DNA from: an uncultured Bacilli bacterium
GTDB lineage: Bacteria; Bacillota_I; Bacilli_A; RF39; UBA660
Direction of reading: 5' to 3'
DNA: 64,000 nucleotides
NCBI GenBank assembly: GCA_947626565.1
Contig: CANQSQ010000002.1
Span: forward strand, 1,003-65,002
Shown: piece by piece, positions 38,013-46,643 of the stretch
Layout: every line of letters starts with the position of its first letter
Position numbering within the stretch: position 1 is the first letter of the stretch
The notes under the pieces: model-generated
Databases searched by the model: none
The model's input: only the letters and a program-made list of their open reading frames with translations
What the model was told of the DNA's origin: nothing
Position numbers and translations under genes: made by a program

Positions 38013-38047
38013 CAAAAAGGTAGCAAAATAATTGCTATTTTTTTTTT
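38013..38047 (+). terminator. Terminator after the pilin gene
   Basis: aaaaaggtagcaa-aataa-ttgctatttttttttt. Confidence 0.75.
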
Positions 38048-38091
38048 ATTTTGCTATACTTATTATGTTATAATGTATTTGGAGTGGTCTT

Positions 38092-38601
38092 ATGAGAAAA
38101 ATATTAGTTTCTTTTGTACTAGTATTAAGTATTTTTACTATTAGTCCAAATAAGACAGTTGCTTTTGCTAAAGAAAAAATTAATGAGAATTCATTAGTTG
38201 ATTTTGGCGTTGTTCAAAACAATTATTTATATATATTAGATAAAGATAGTGATGAAGAAGTTAATATTGATGATTGGTTAGATGATTATAATCAAGAACA
38301 AAATTGTGATGCAGATAGTTCTTTATTAGGAAATCCTAATGATCCTGATTCTGTTGCTTGGTTATTACAGCAAGTATTAAATTATATTAGAATATTAGGA
38401 CCAATACTAGTAATTGTTTTAAGTAGTATTGAATTTGCGAAAGTTATTGTTACAAGTGATGATGAATCTATGGGAAAAGCTAGAAAAAAGCTTATTAATA
38501 GATTAATTTTAATTGTGGCTTTATTCTTTATACCAACACTTGTATCATTTTTATTAGGTATTTTTGGTATAACTACTGATCCTACTTGTGGACTTCAATG
38601 A
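38092..38601 (+). CDS. Second VirB2/TrbC-like pilin with signal peptide and acidic linker
   Basis: Signal (..TVAFA), then ILGPILVIVLSSIEFAKVIVTSDDESMGKARKKLINR..ALFFIP. Confidence 0.72.
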   Translation: MRKILVSFVLVLSIFTISPNKTVAFAKEKINENSLVDFGVVQNNYLYILDKDSDEEVNIDDWLDDYNQEQNCDADSSLLGNPNDPDSVAWLLQQVLNYIRILGPILVIVLSSIEFAKVIVTSDDESMGKARKKLINRLILIVALFFIPTLVSFLLGIFGITTDPTCGLQ

Positions 38602-38618
38602 TAAAGGGGTGATGAATA

Positions 38619-40772
38619 ATGACAGATACTTATGCCGCTAATACAATGAATGACATGTTTAGAAATATTTCGGCTGTATTATTTGATAAAACATCTTATT
38701 GGCTTTTAGGTTTGTTATATCAGATATTTTTTAATGTGGCATCAGCAGATTTATTTAATAATGCAACGATATTAGGTTTTTATAAAAGAGTGCAACTTAT
38801 AATTGGAGTATTTATGATATTCCAGTTGGCTGTTACTATTATGAGGGGAATTTTGAATCCTGATCAATTACTAGATAATAAATCAGGAGTAAGTTCATTT
38901 ATAACAAGAGTTGTTATGGCTTTAGTTTTGTTGACTGTTTTAGTACCTATTAATATTCCAGGAGCAACTAATGAGTATGAAAGACAACTTAATAATAATG
39001 GTTTATTATTTGGTACACTTTATTCGTTACAAAATAGAATTTTGTCGAATAATACTTTGGGACGGTTGATTTTAGGTACGACTGATGGGGCTATTACAAG
39101 TGATGCGGATGATGATGGTAGTACGGGTCTTACGGGGGCAGATAAGCAAGCTGCTAGTTTGGAAAAGTCTTCTAAAATATTTACATCTACTATTTTAAAG
39201 GGATTTGTTAGGATTAATTTAGTGCCTGAAGAGTATCGTAAAGATCCAGGTGAGGGTAAGACTGAAGAAATGCTTAATGAGAATAGAATTTGTAAGGATA
39301 TCGATGATGCCATTTTGGAGTCTTATACTAGAGTTGATGCTGATGTTGATGAAATTTTAAGTAATATTACAGCTGATTGTGCTTTAGATACGGATGCTGA
39401 ATGGGTAAAAAGTGATTTAGAGCAAACTAAGAGTAGTTTTTTGACAAAGTTATTTGGTAAAAAAAGGTATATGTTTGCTTATAGACCAATAATATCAGCA
39501 ATAGTGGCAATTATCTTTTGTTTTGTATTATTAAGTTTTACCATTGAGATTGCTGTTCGTGCTGTTAAATTAGCAGTACTTCGTTTGATTGCTCCGGTTC
39601 CAATAATTAGTTATATGGATCCTAAAGGTAGTAAAGATGGAGCATTTAATTCTTGGGTTAAGACTTTAACTTCAACATATTTAGATTTATTTATTCGTTT
39701 GGCAGTAATTTATTTTGTTATATATTTGATTCAAGATATGATAGTTAATGGTATTGTAATGAATACTGGTACGGGTATGATTGGTGTTTTGTCAGCTATA
39801 ATTATTTGGATTGGTTTATTTATGTTTGCTAGAGAAGCACCTAAGTTTATTCGTCAAGTTCTTGGTATGAAAGAAGATGCTGGCAGAGGTTTATTCAGTG
39901 GTATTGGTACAGCATTAGGAATGGGTGCAGCTGCTGCTGGAATGGTAGGTTCTGCTTTAACTAATTATAAAGCTTCTAAAGAGGAAAATGAACAATTACA
40001 TGCTGGACAGACTAAAAGAAATATTGCAAGAAATGTTGGCTCAGCTATTACTGGTGCTATATCTGGTGGATTTACTGGTGCTAGAGCAGCTTTGACTGCT
40101 AAGGATCATGCTCTTAAGAGCTCAATTGATGCTATGCAGAAACGTAATGCTATAAGAGCATCTCATTCAACTGCCTTGGGTAGACTTACTAGTTCAGGTT
40201 ATGGATTATTAACTGGTAATTCTTTGGCTAGTAGGGATCAAAATATTTTAGATGCTAATAAAAATGCGGCTAAATCTATTGGTGAATTTAAATCAATGGC
40301 TGAAGCACAGGCAAAGAAAAATGGAGAGTTCGGTACATATAAAAACTTTAATTATAATTATGAAGGTTTAATGGCTGCGATGAATGCTAAAGATAGTAAT
40401 GGTAATTTCCAATATACTGATGCTCATACGAAGCAAACTAGGACCTTTAATGTTAGAGATTTTGATAACAATGTACTTTCAAGTATATTGGATTCACAAA
40501 CAGCAAATTATTTAGCAAGTAATTTTCATAATGGTGCTTTCAATGATGGAAAGCTTCAAGACAAATGGGCTTATGCTAAACATGATATGATTGAAGCAAA
40601 TATTGATTTTGGAAGCACGTATTTAGGAGCTGATACTACAGGTATTGGACTTGAGCAGGCTTATAAGACTATAGGTGCTACTATTGGAGAGGCAAATGCC
40701 AAAGCAAGAGAAAAAGCTACTAATATGGAAGGTATTATGCATAGAGCTAATGAGCAACAAAATAAAAAATAA
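38619..40772 (+). CDS. VirB6/TrbL-like polytopic T4SS membrane protein
   Basis: IAVRAVKLAVLRLIAPVPIISY, FNSWVK, FAREAPKFI and a Gly/Ala-rich tail typical of VirB6/TrbL-like proteins. Confidence 0.75.
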   Translation: MTDTYAANTMNDMFRNISAVLFDKTSYWLLGLLYQIFFNVASADLFNNATILGFYKRVQLIIGVFMIFQLAVTIMRGILNPDQLLDNKSGVSSFITRVVMALVLLTVLVPINIPGATNEYERQLNNNGLLFGTLYSLQNRILSNNTLGRLILGTTDGAITSDADDDGSTGLTGADKQAASLEKSSKIFTSTILKGFVRINLVPEEYRKDPGEGKTEEMLNENRICKDIDDAILESYTRVDADVDEILSNITADCALDTDAEWVKSDLEQTKSSFLTKLFGKKRYMFAYRPIISAIVAIIFCFVLLSFTIEIAVRAVKLAVLRLIAPVPIISYMDPKGSKDGAFNSWVKTLTSTYLDLFIRLAVIYFVIYLIQDMIVNGIVMNTGTGMIGVLSAIIIWIGLFMFAREAPKFIRQVLGMKEDAGRGLFSGIGTALGMGAAAAGMVGSALTNYKASKEENEQLHAGQTKRNIARNVGSAITGAISGGFTGARAALTAKDHALKSSIDAMQKRNAIRASHSTALGRLTSSGYGLLTGNSLASRDQNILDANKNAAKSIGEFKSMAEAQAKKNGEFGTYKNFNYNYEGLMAAMNAKDSNGNFQYTDAHTKQTRTFNVRDFDNNVLSSILDSQTANYLASNFHNGAFNDGKLQDKWAYAKHDMIEANIDFGSTYLGADTTGIGLEQAYKTIGATIGEANAKAREKATNMEGIMHRANEQQNKK

Positions 40773-40791
40773 ATTAGGGAGTGTGATATAA

Positions 40792-41103
40792 GTGAATTAT
40801 TTAATCCCTGCTAATACTAAGAAGGGGCAACTAATTTTAGGAATATTTAGAAAGTCTGATTTAATATTATTTGCGGTTGGGGTCTTAATAACAGTTATAT
40901 TGTTAGCTGTTATGCCTCTTACTTCAACTTTTGTGACAATAATGATAATGTGTCCAGCTTTTATCGCTGGATTTCTAGTAATGCCAGTTCCCTATTATCA
41001 TAATATGTTAAACATAATAGTAGAAATGTATGAGTTTTTAACTAATAGACAAACTTATAGATGGAAAGGTTGGTGCTATAAAAATGTCCAAAAAGGTAAG
41101 TAG
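40792..41103 (+). CDS. PrgI/VirB3-like small membrane protein
   Basis: YLIPAN...ILGIF, two TMs, TYRW; typical position upstream of VirB4. Confidence 0.65.
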   Translation: MNYLIPANTKKGQLILGIFRKSDLILFAVGVLITVILLAVMPLTSTFVTIMIMCPAFIAGFLVMPVPYYHNMLNIIVEMYEFLTNRQTYRWKGWCYKNVQKGK

Positions 41104-41632
41104 TGGTTTTACTGAAGATTGGTTACCAGTAAAAGCTATTCAAAATAATATGATTATAACAACAGATAATTATAAAGTAAGTGGTGTTAAAATTACGCCA
41201 AGAAATATTTTTATACTTGATATAGATACGCAAAATAATATTTTGATTAGTCTTAGAAATTTTTATAATATGATAGATTTTGAGTTTTGGTTAGTAGTAG
41301 CTGATAGACCAGTTGATATTTCAATTTATATGTCACAAATGCAGTTATTATTAAACGAGACAAATTCACCAGCTGTTAGAAAGTTAATAATGCAAGATAT
41401 TGAAAAAGGTGAAACATTTATAAGAAATAATGTTGTTGATACAGAATATTATTTCTTATTTAAAACAAAGAATGTCGATGAAGTTCAAAAAAGAGTAAGA
41501 ATGATGATAAATGGGTTAGCACAGTGTGGTTTAAATGCTTCCCAAATTAGTAATTCTGATTTAAGACTAGTACTTGAAAATTTCTTAAATGGAGGAACAT
41601 CAACAGAATTTGGGACGGTGATGCCAGTATGA
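41084..41632 (+). CDS. T4SS accessory protein (soluble, between PrgI-like and VirB4)
   Basis: TEDWLPVKAI..., VKITPRNIFIL; overlaps both neighbours. Confidence 0.6.
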   Translation: MSKKVSSGFTEDWLPVKAIQNNMIITTDNYKVSGVKITPRNIFILDIDTQNNILISLRNFYNMIDFEFWLVVADRPVDISIYMSQMQLLLNETNSPAVRKLIMQDIEKGETFIRNNVVDTEYYFLFKTKNVDEVQKRVRMMINGLAQCGLNASQISNSDLRLVLENFLNGGTSTEFGTVMPV

Positions 41633-43419
41633 GTATAGGATTAAGAAGTCAGTTAGCTCCTAAAGGATTACATTTTTCACCTAGTGAATTTGTAATTAGT
41701 GATAAATATGCCACAATAATGACAGTGGTATCTTATCCTAAATATATATCACCCGGTTATTTATCATCTTTGACAAATATGGGTGGTATTAAAGTAGTAA
41801 TTAAACATATTCCCGTACCTTTTCAATTGATGTCAAAAATGTTAAATAAACAAGTTGCTGATTTAAAAGATAGATATCAAAATGAAAGAGATCAAACCGT
41901 ACGTGAGAGAATAAGACAAGATGCAGAAAGTTTGGAATACTTTACATCAATGTTAGCTGGTAGTCAGGCTAGAATTTTTGATTTTCAAATGCACATAATG
42001 ATTACGGCTGATACTAAAGAAGAATTAGAATTAAAAAAAGTTAATGTAAAAAATTATCTTGACGCTATGGAATTAAGAGCTATTTCATTGCGTTTTGAAC
42101 AAGAAAAAGTGTTAAAGTCAATACTTCCAGTTTTTCCAGCTCAAGATGTAGAACAAAGAATTGGAACACCAATTCCATCAGTTACTATTTCAGCAATGTA
42201 TCCTTTTATATTTGATAGTATAAAAGATCCAGGATTATCAACTTTATTAGGTGTTGATTTTTCTGGAGGAGTAATATTATTTAATCAATTTTTATATAAA
42301 ATTCGTAAAGAAAATAATAGAAATAATGCTAATATGATTATTTTAGGTACATCAGGTTCAGGTAAATCTACAGCAGCTAAGTTAATGCTTAGATCACATA
42401 TTAGAAATGGTTGTCAAATAGTTATAATAGATCCTGAAGATGAGTATCAGGAGATTACAAGAACTTTTGGTGGAGATACTGTTGATATAGGTAAAGGTGG
42501 AGAATTTGGACTTATTAATCCATTAGAAGTTGTTATTGATGCTGATGAAGAGGAAATTAGACAAGGACTTGGTTATACTGTTTTAACTAGAACATTACAG
42601 TTTTTAAAGGCCTTTATGAAATATTATGATCCATCTATTGAAGAAGATGTTTTGACCATGTTTAGTGAAATTGTTCAAGATACTTATAAACGTTTTGGTA
42701 TTGATTTTAATACAGACTTTTCTAATTATTCATCAAATGATTATCCAACTTTTAGTGATGTTTATGCTACTATTAGGGGACGTTTAATGTCAATGACTGA
42801 ACAAACACAAGAACGAGATATTATGGAACGTCTTGAATTAAAAGTTAGACCAATTACAAAAGAATTGAGATTTTATTTTGATGGTCATACTACTATTAGA
42901 AAAGATAGTGACTTTATGGTTTTCAATATAAAAGAATTAATGAATAGTGATTCTAATGTTAGAAATGCATTATTCTTTAATGTCTTGAAATATGCTTGGG
43001 GTTTATGTTTGGACTTCAATGTAGATACAGTACTAATGATAGATGAAGCGCATGTGTTGCTAGGAGATAATAATGCTTTAGGTGCTGATTTCTTAGCTCA
43101 AGTTCAAAGACGAGCTCGTAAGTACAATACAGGAACAATTATTATTACACAACAACCAAGTGATTTTGCTGATCAGGCAGTTATAACTCAAGGTAAAGCA
43201 ATATTTGATAACTCATCTTATTATTTAGTAATGGGTCTTAGAAAACAAGCTGTTGAAGATTTAGCTTTACTTATTGATTTAAATGATAGTGAAAGAGAAA
43301 GTATAAAACATTATTCACAAGGTGAAGCCTTGTTCGTTTGTGGAAATAGACGAATGCGTATTAATATAGCAGTAACTCAAGAAGAATTAGATTCTTTCGG
43401 TAGTGGTGGAGGACTATAG
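41629..43419 (+). CDS. virB4: VirB4-like T4SS ATPase
   Basis: NANMIILGTSGSGKS, IIDPEDEY, INPL, LMIDEAH, RRARKY, ITQQ. Confidence 0.9.
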   Translation: MSIGLRSQLAPKGLHFSPSEFVISDKYATIMTVVSYPKYISPGYLSSLTNMGGIKVVIKHIPVPFQLMSKMLNKQVADLKDRYQNERDQTVRERIRQDAESLEYFTSMLAGSQARIFDFQMHIMITADTKEELELKKVNVKNYLDAMELRAISLRFEQEKVLKSILPVFPAQDVEQRIGTPIPSVTISAMYPFIFDSIKDPGLSTLLGVDFSGGVILFNQFLYKIRKENNRNNANMIILGTSGSGKSTAAKLMLRSHIRNGCQIVIIDPEDEYQEITRTFGGDTVDIGKGGEFGLINPLEVVIDADEEEIRQGLGYTVLTRTLQFLKAFMKYYDPSIEEDVLTMFSEIVQDTYKRFGIDFNTDFSNYSSNDYPTFSDVYATIRGRLMSMTEQTQERDIMERLELKVRPITKELRFYFDGHTTIRKDSDFMVFNIKELMNSDSNVRNALFFNVLKYAWGLCLDFNVDTVLMIDEAHVLLGDNNALGADFLAQVQRRARKYNTGTIIITQQPSDFADQAVITQGKAIFDNSSYYLVMGLRKQAVEDLALLIDLNDSERESIKHYSQGEALFVCGNRRMRINIAVTQEELDSFGSGGGL

Positions 43420-43448
43420 AAAAAGAAAACAGAAGTAGGTGATGTATT

Positions 43449-45794
43449 ATGCCATATAAAAGTAGAAGAACTGATAATAGCAACGCGCCAAGATATGAAA
43501 AAGATTATGTCGCTGATACAAGTTTTGCTTCTCAAAAAGAGAAAGATAATGCAGCAAAACAAAAATCATCTACAAAAGCTGCTAAAACAGCAGCTAAAGC
43601 AGCGGGTGCTTATTTTGGAGGACCATTAGGAGCTAAAGCGGTAGATGCAGCTTCAAAGACAAAAGCTGGACAGAACTTATTAAATAAAGGTGGTCAAGTT
43701 TTAAATGGTATTCCAGGAATGGGTAGAGCCTCTAAAAAATTAGATGATAGTGGAGTACTTGATGCTGCTGATAGAGTTTTAGATGTAAAAGGATTAAAAG
43801 ATGGAGGAGTTAATACTCTTCCTTCTTCTGCTTCTAATTCTAATGCTAATACTAATAATAAGGAAAAAAATGATGCTACTGATGCAAAAGATAAAAATAC
43901 TAATAATATTGCGGGAGTAAGTTCTACTTTAAATAATGAATTTAGTAAGGAAAATTTAGCTAAAAAGAAGGAAGAAGAGCAGCAAGAAGAAAAAAAGACA
44001 AAGGCTAGAATGAGTTTTTTTGTTACTTTTGCCATACAAGCAGCCTTATTTTTATTATTTCCAATTCTGATGATAGCTGTGTTGGTTGTGGCTGTTATTG
44101 GCAATGTTTCAGGTACAATTGATGAATTTGGTGATGCTTTAGGTGCTCTTTCAGCTTCAGGTGGTGAAACAGGAGAGGTAGTTTATGAGGCAAGTGAAGA
44201 AGCAAGTAACTTTTATCAAAAAATTAATACCGTAAAATTAAGTTATCAATCTTCAGGAAAAACAGTAGATGTTTTGAAAGTTGCGGCTGTTTATCATATA
44301 TTAGCTGCTAATGGGGCTGATATGACTTATGATAATATGACGGAAGATAAAATAAGACAGATTGTAGATATTATGTATAGTGGTAATACTTATAATGAAG
44401 ATACTTTTAAACAGAATTTAATTACTTATTTAATACCTATGTATTTACCAAATACTTCTGATGTTGAAAGAGAACAAATTGCCGATGATGTATTTGATTA
44501 TATTGATAGATATAATAGTTTTATAGGAAATGATGCGGCTGGTAATGGTTCTTATTGTGCTTCAGTTGGTTCTTGTATGTATGATATTAAGGGATTTTAT
44601 ATATCATCTTCAGGAAATATAACAAAGAATATGCAAGTTTCAAATTTACAAGTACGATTAATGGAATGTGGAAGTCCTTATGGAAATGGAAGTTATAGTA
44701 AGGCTATTGATCAACCACTTGTTCCTTTTGAAGATTATGTAATGGGAGTAGCTTATGCGGAAATCGGAGCTAGTTATCCAGAAGAGGCGTTGAAGGCTTT
44801 TATGATTGCGGCTAGAAGTTTTGCTTTATCACGACCTACGGCAATGGGAAATGCGGCTGGAAAGAAGTTAGAGCAAGAAAATGGTCAATGGATTTTACAA
44901 ATTTCTTCTTGTGTAGCTGACCAAGTATTTTGTAATGTTGATGAGGGTTGCTCATATATGGGTGGCGGTGATGGACAAGGTGGAATAGTAAGAAGTGGTC
45001 ATGTTGATGGAGCGGCAAGGTATAGAGAAGCTTTGCCGGCTGATCATCGTTTACGTAGTATTGCAGCTAGTGTACAGGGAGAAGTTTTGGTTAATGAGCA
45101 AGGATATATTATTAACTCAGGATATTTGAGTACAGAACAAAGAATGATTAAAAGTTTGGCAGAACAGGGACTAAATTATAAACAAATATTATTACAAGTA
45201 TATAATCAAGGAAGCAGAAATTATGGAGCGACTGATATTCAAAAGATGAGTTGTAATAGTGGAACCGGTTGTGTTGGTTCGGCTTCGTCTGGTCCTTATG
45301 CTAGTTGGAAACAATATCAAGGTTCTTGGACAGGAGTTCAATTAGGAAGTAGTGGAAAAACAATTAAGCAAGTTGGTTGTCTTGTAACGTCTGTAGCTAT
45401 GTTGATTGCTAAAAGTGGAGTACAAACAAATATTGCTGATTTTAATCCAGGTACTTTTGTAACTTATTTAAATAGTCATGGAGGTTTTTCTGGAGCTAAC
45501 TTTGTGTGGGCAAGTGTTTCGCAAGCGGCTCCTAACTTTAAATATGTGAGTTCCGTTAGTGTAGCTGGTCAATCACAAGCTGAAAAGTTAAATACTTTAA
45601 AAGGACTTTTAGATAAAAATTATTATGTTGTAGCAGAAGTTAAAGGTAATACAGGAGAACACTGGGTAGCAGTTGATGGTATAAGTGGTGATGGAAAAGT
45701 ATTGATGATGGATCCAGGAAGTGAATCTACAGATATGTGGGGAGAATATCCATGGGGAAATACAAGCCGTTTTTCTTATTTTCAAGTATCATAA
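43449..45794 (+). CDS. Membrane-anchored cell-wall hydrolase: SpoIID/LytB domain + C39-like peptidase
   Basis: EDYVMGVAYAEIG..PEEALKAFMIAARSF and DQVF (SpoIID); KQ...W...GCLVTSVAM, HWVAV, MMDPG (C39-like). Confidence 0.8.
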   Translation: MPYKSRRTDNSNAPRYEKDYVADTSFASQKEKDNAAKQKSSTKAAKTAAKAAGAYFGGPLGAKAVDAASKTKAGQNLLNKGGQVLNGIPGMGRASKKLDDSGVLDAADRVLDVKGLKDGGVNTLPSSASNSNANTNNKEKNDATDAKDKNTNNIAGVSSTLNNEFSKENLAKKKEEEQQEEKKTKARMSFFVTFAIQAALFLLFPILMIAVLVVAVIGNVSGTIDEFGDALGALSASGGETGEVVYEASEEASNFYQKINTVKLSYQSSGKTVDVLKVAAVYHILAANGADMTYDNMTEDKIRQIVDIMYSGNTYNEDTFKQNLITYLIPMYLPNTSDVEREQIADDVFDYIDRYNSFIGNDAAGNGSYCASVGSCMYDIKGFYISSSGNITKNMQVSNLQVRLMECGSPYGNGSYSKAIDQPLVPFEDYVMGVAYAEIGASYPEEALKAFMIAARSFALSRPTAMGNAAGKKLEQENGQWILQISSCVADQVFCNVDEGCSYMGGGDGQGGIVRSGHVDGAARYREALPADHRLRSIAASVQGEVLVNEQGYIINSGYLSTEQRMIKSLAEQGLNYKQILLQVYNQGSRNYGATDIQKMSCNSGTGCVGSASSGPYASWKQYQGSWTGVQLGSSGKTIKQVGCLVTSVAMLIAKSGVQTNIADFNPGTFVTYLNSHGGFSGANFVWASVSQAAPNFKYVSSVSVAGQSQAEKLNTLKGLLDKNYYVVAEVKGNTGEHWVAVDGISGDGKVLMMDPGSESTDMWGEYPWGNTSRFSYFQVS

Positions 45795-45803
45795 GGAGGA
45801 ATT

Positions 45804-46586
45804 ATGAGAGGCAAAAAAATATATGTAGCTATAATAATCATATTACTAATTTACCTTGGCATATTATACTTTGCTTGGGGAAAGGATAATGTTAAAGAAG
45901 GTCAGAACGCTACGACAATGCTAGTTGGAGATAATACTATATGGGTTTATTCTGATAGAAAATGGCTTAATATAACAAAAGAAACAACAATAGATAAGTT
46001 AAATTGGCAAAAGTTTAATATATTTGTTGATAATAAAAGCATGGGAGAAAAATACGTGTGGCATGATGATAAATGGTATTTGTTTGATGAAAAGAAAAAT
46101 GCTGTTATGTTTACTGGTAAATTGTTTGCTTTTAAGTCTAATTTTGATATTTCAATTATGGATTATAAAGAAGAAGAAATTGATGATTATAAATATATAA
46201 ATCAAGTATTAGTAGATAATAATTTAAGTAAGACGTCGGAGTTTACAGTACAGACAATGACTAATCTTGATATTGATAATGATGGTAGTGATGAAAGATT
46301 TTATGTAATTAGTAATGCCTTTGCGATTGATTTTACACCTAGTATGTTATTTTCTATTGTTTTTATGGTTAAAAATGACAAAATATATTATATTTATAAT
46401 GATATTAGTTACAATAATGCTAATTACAATGAATGTAAACCATATTTTAACTACTTTATAGATTTAAATGAAGATAATGTTTATGAAGTCGTTTTAAGTT
46501 GTGGAAAATATAGTGTTGAAGAGGAAGTAAATATGTTATATGAATTTAAAAATGATGAATTTAAATTGCTTATTAGTAATCAATAA
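45804..46586 (+). CDS. Membrane-anchored hypothetical protein with DxDxDG-like loops
   Basis: N-terminal TM; DIDNDGSDE and DLNEDNVYE motifs. Confidence 0.7.
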   Translation: MRGKKIYVAIIIILLIYLGILYFAWGKDNVKEGQNATTMLVGDNTIWVYSDRKWLNITKETTIDKLNWQKFNIFVDNKSMGEKYVWHDDKWYLFDEKKNAVMFTGKLFAFKSNFDISIMDYKEEEIDDYKYINQVLVDNNLSKTSEFTVQTMTNLDIDNDGSDERFYVISNAFAIDFTPSMLFSIVFMVKNDKIYYIYNDISYNNANYNECKPYFNYFIDLNEDNVYEVVLSCGKYSVEEEVNMLYEFKNDEFKLLISNQ

Positions 46587-46643
46587 AGGAATAGACAGTT
46601 TTTACTTTTTACGATATAATAATGGGAGAAAGGGAGTAGTACT

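Noticed and set aside
37935-38144. 69-aa plus-strand ORF
   Set aside because: Overlaps both pilin genes out of frame and runs through the terminator; no RBS.
43449-45794. Sporulation gene spoIID
   Set aside because: The SpoIID-like domain is one module of a larger T4SS-embedded protein, and no sporulation context is present.
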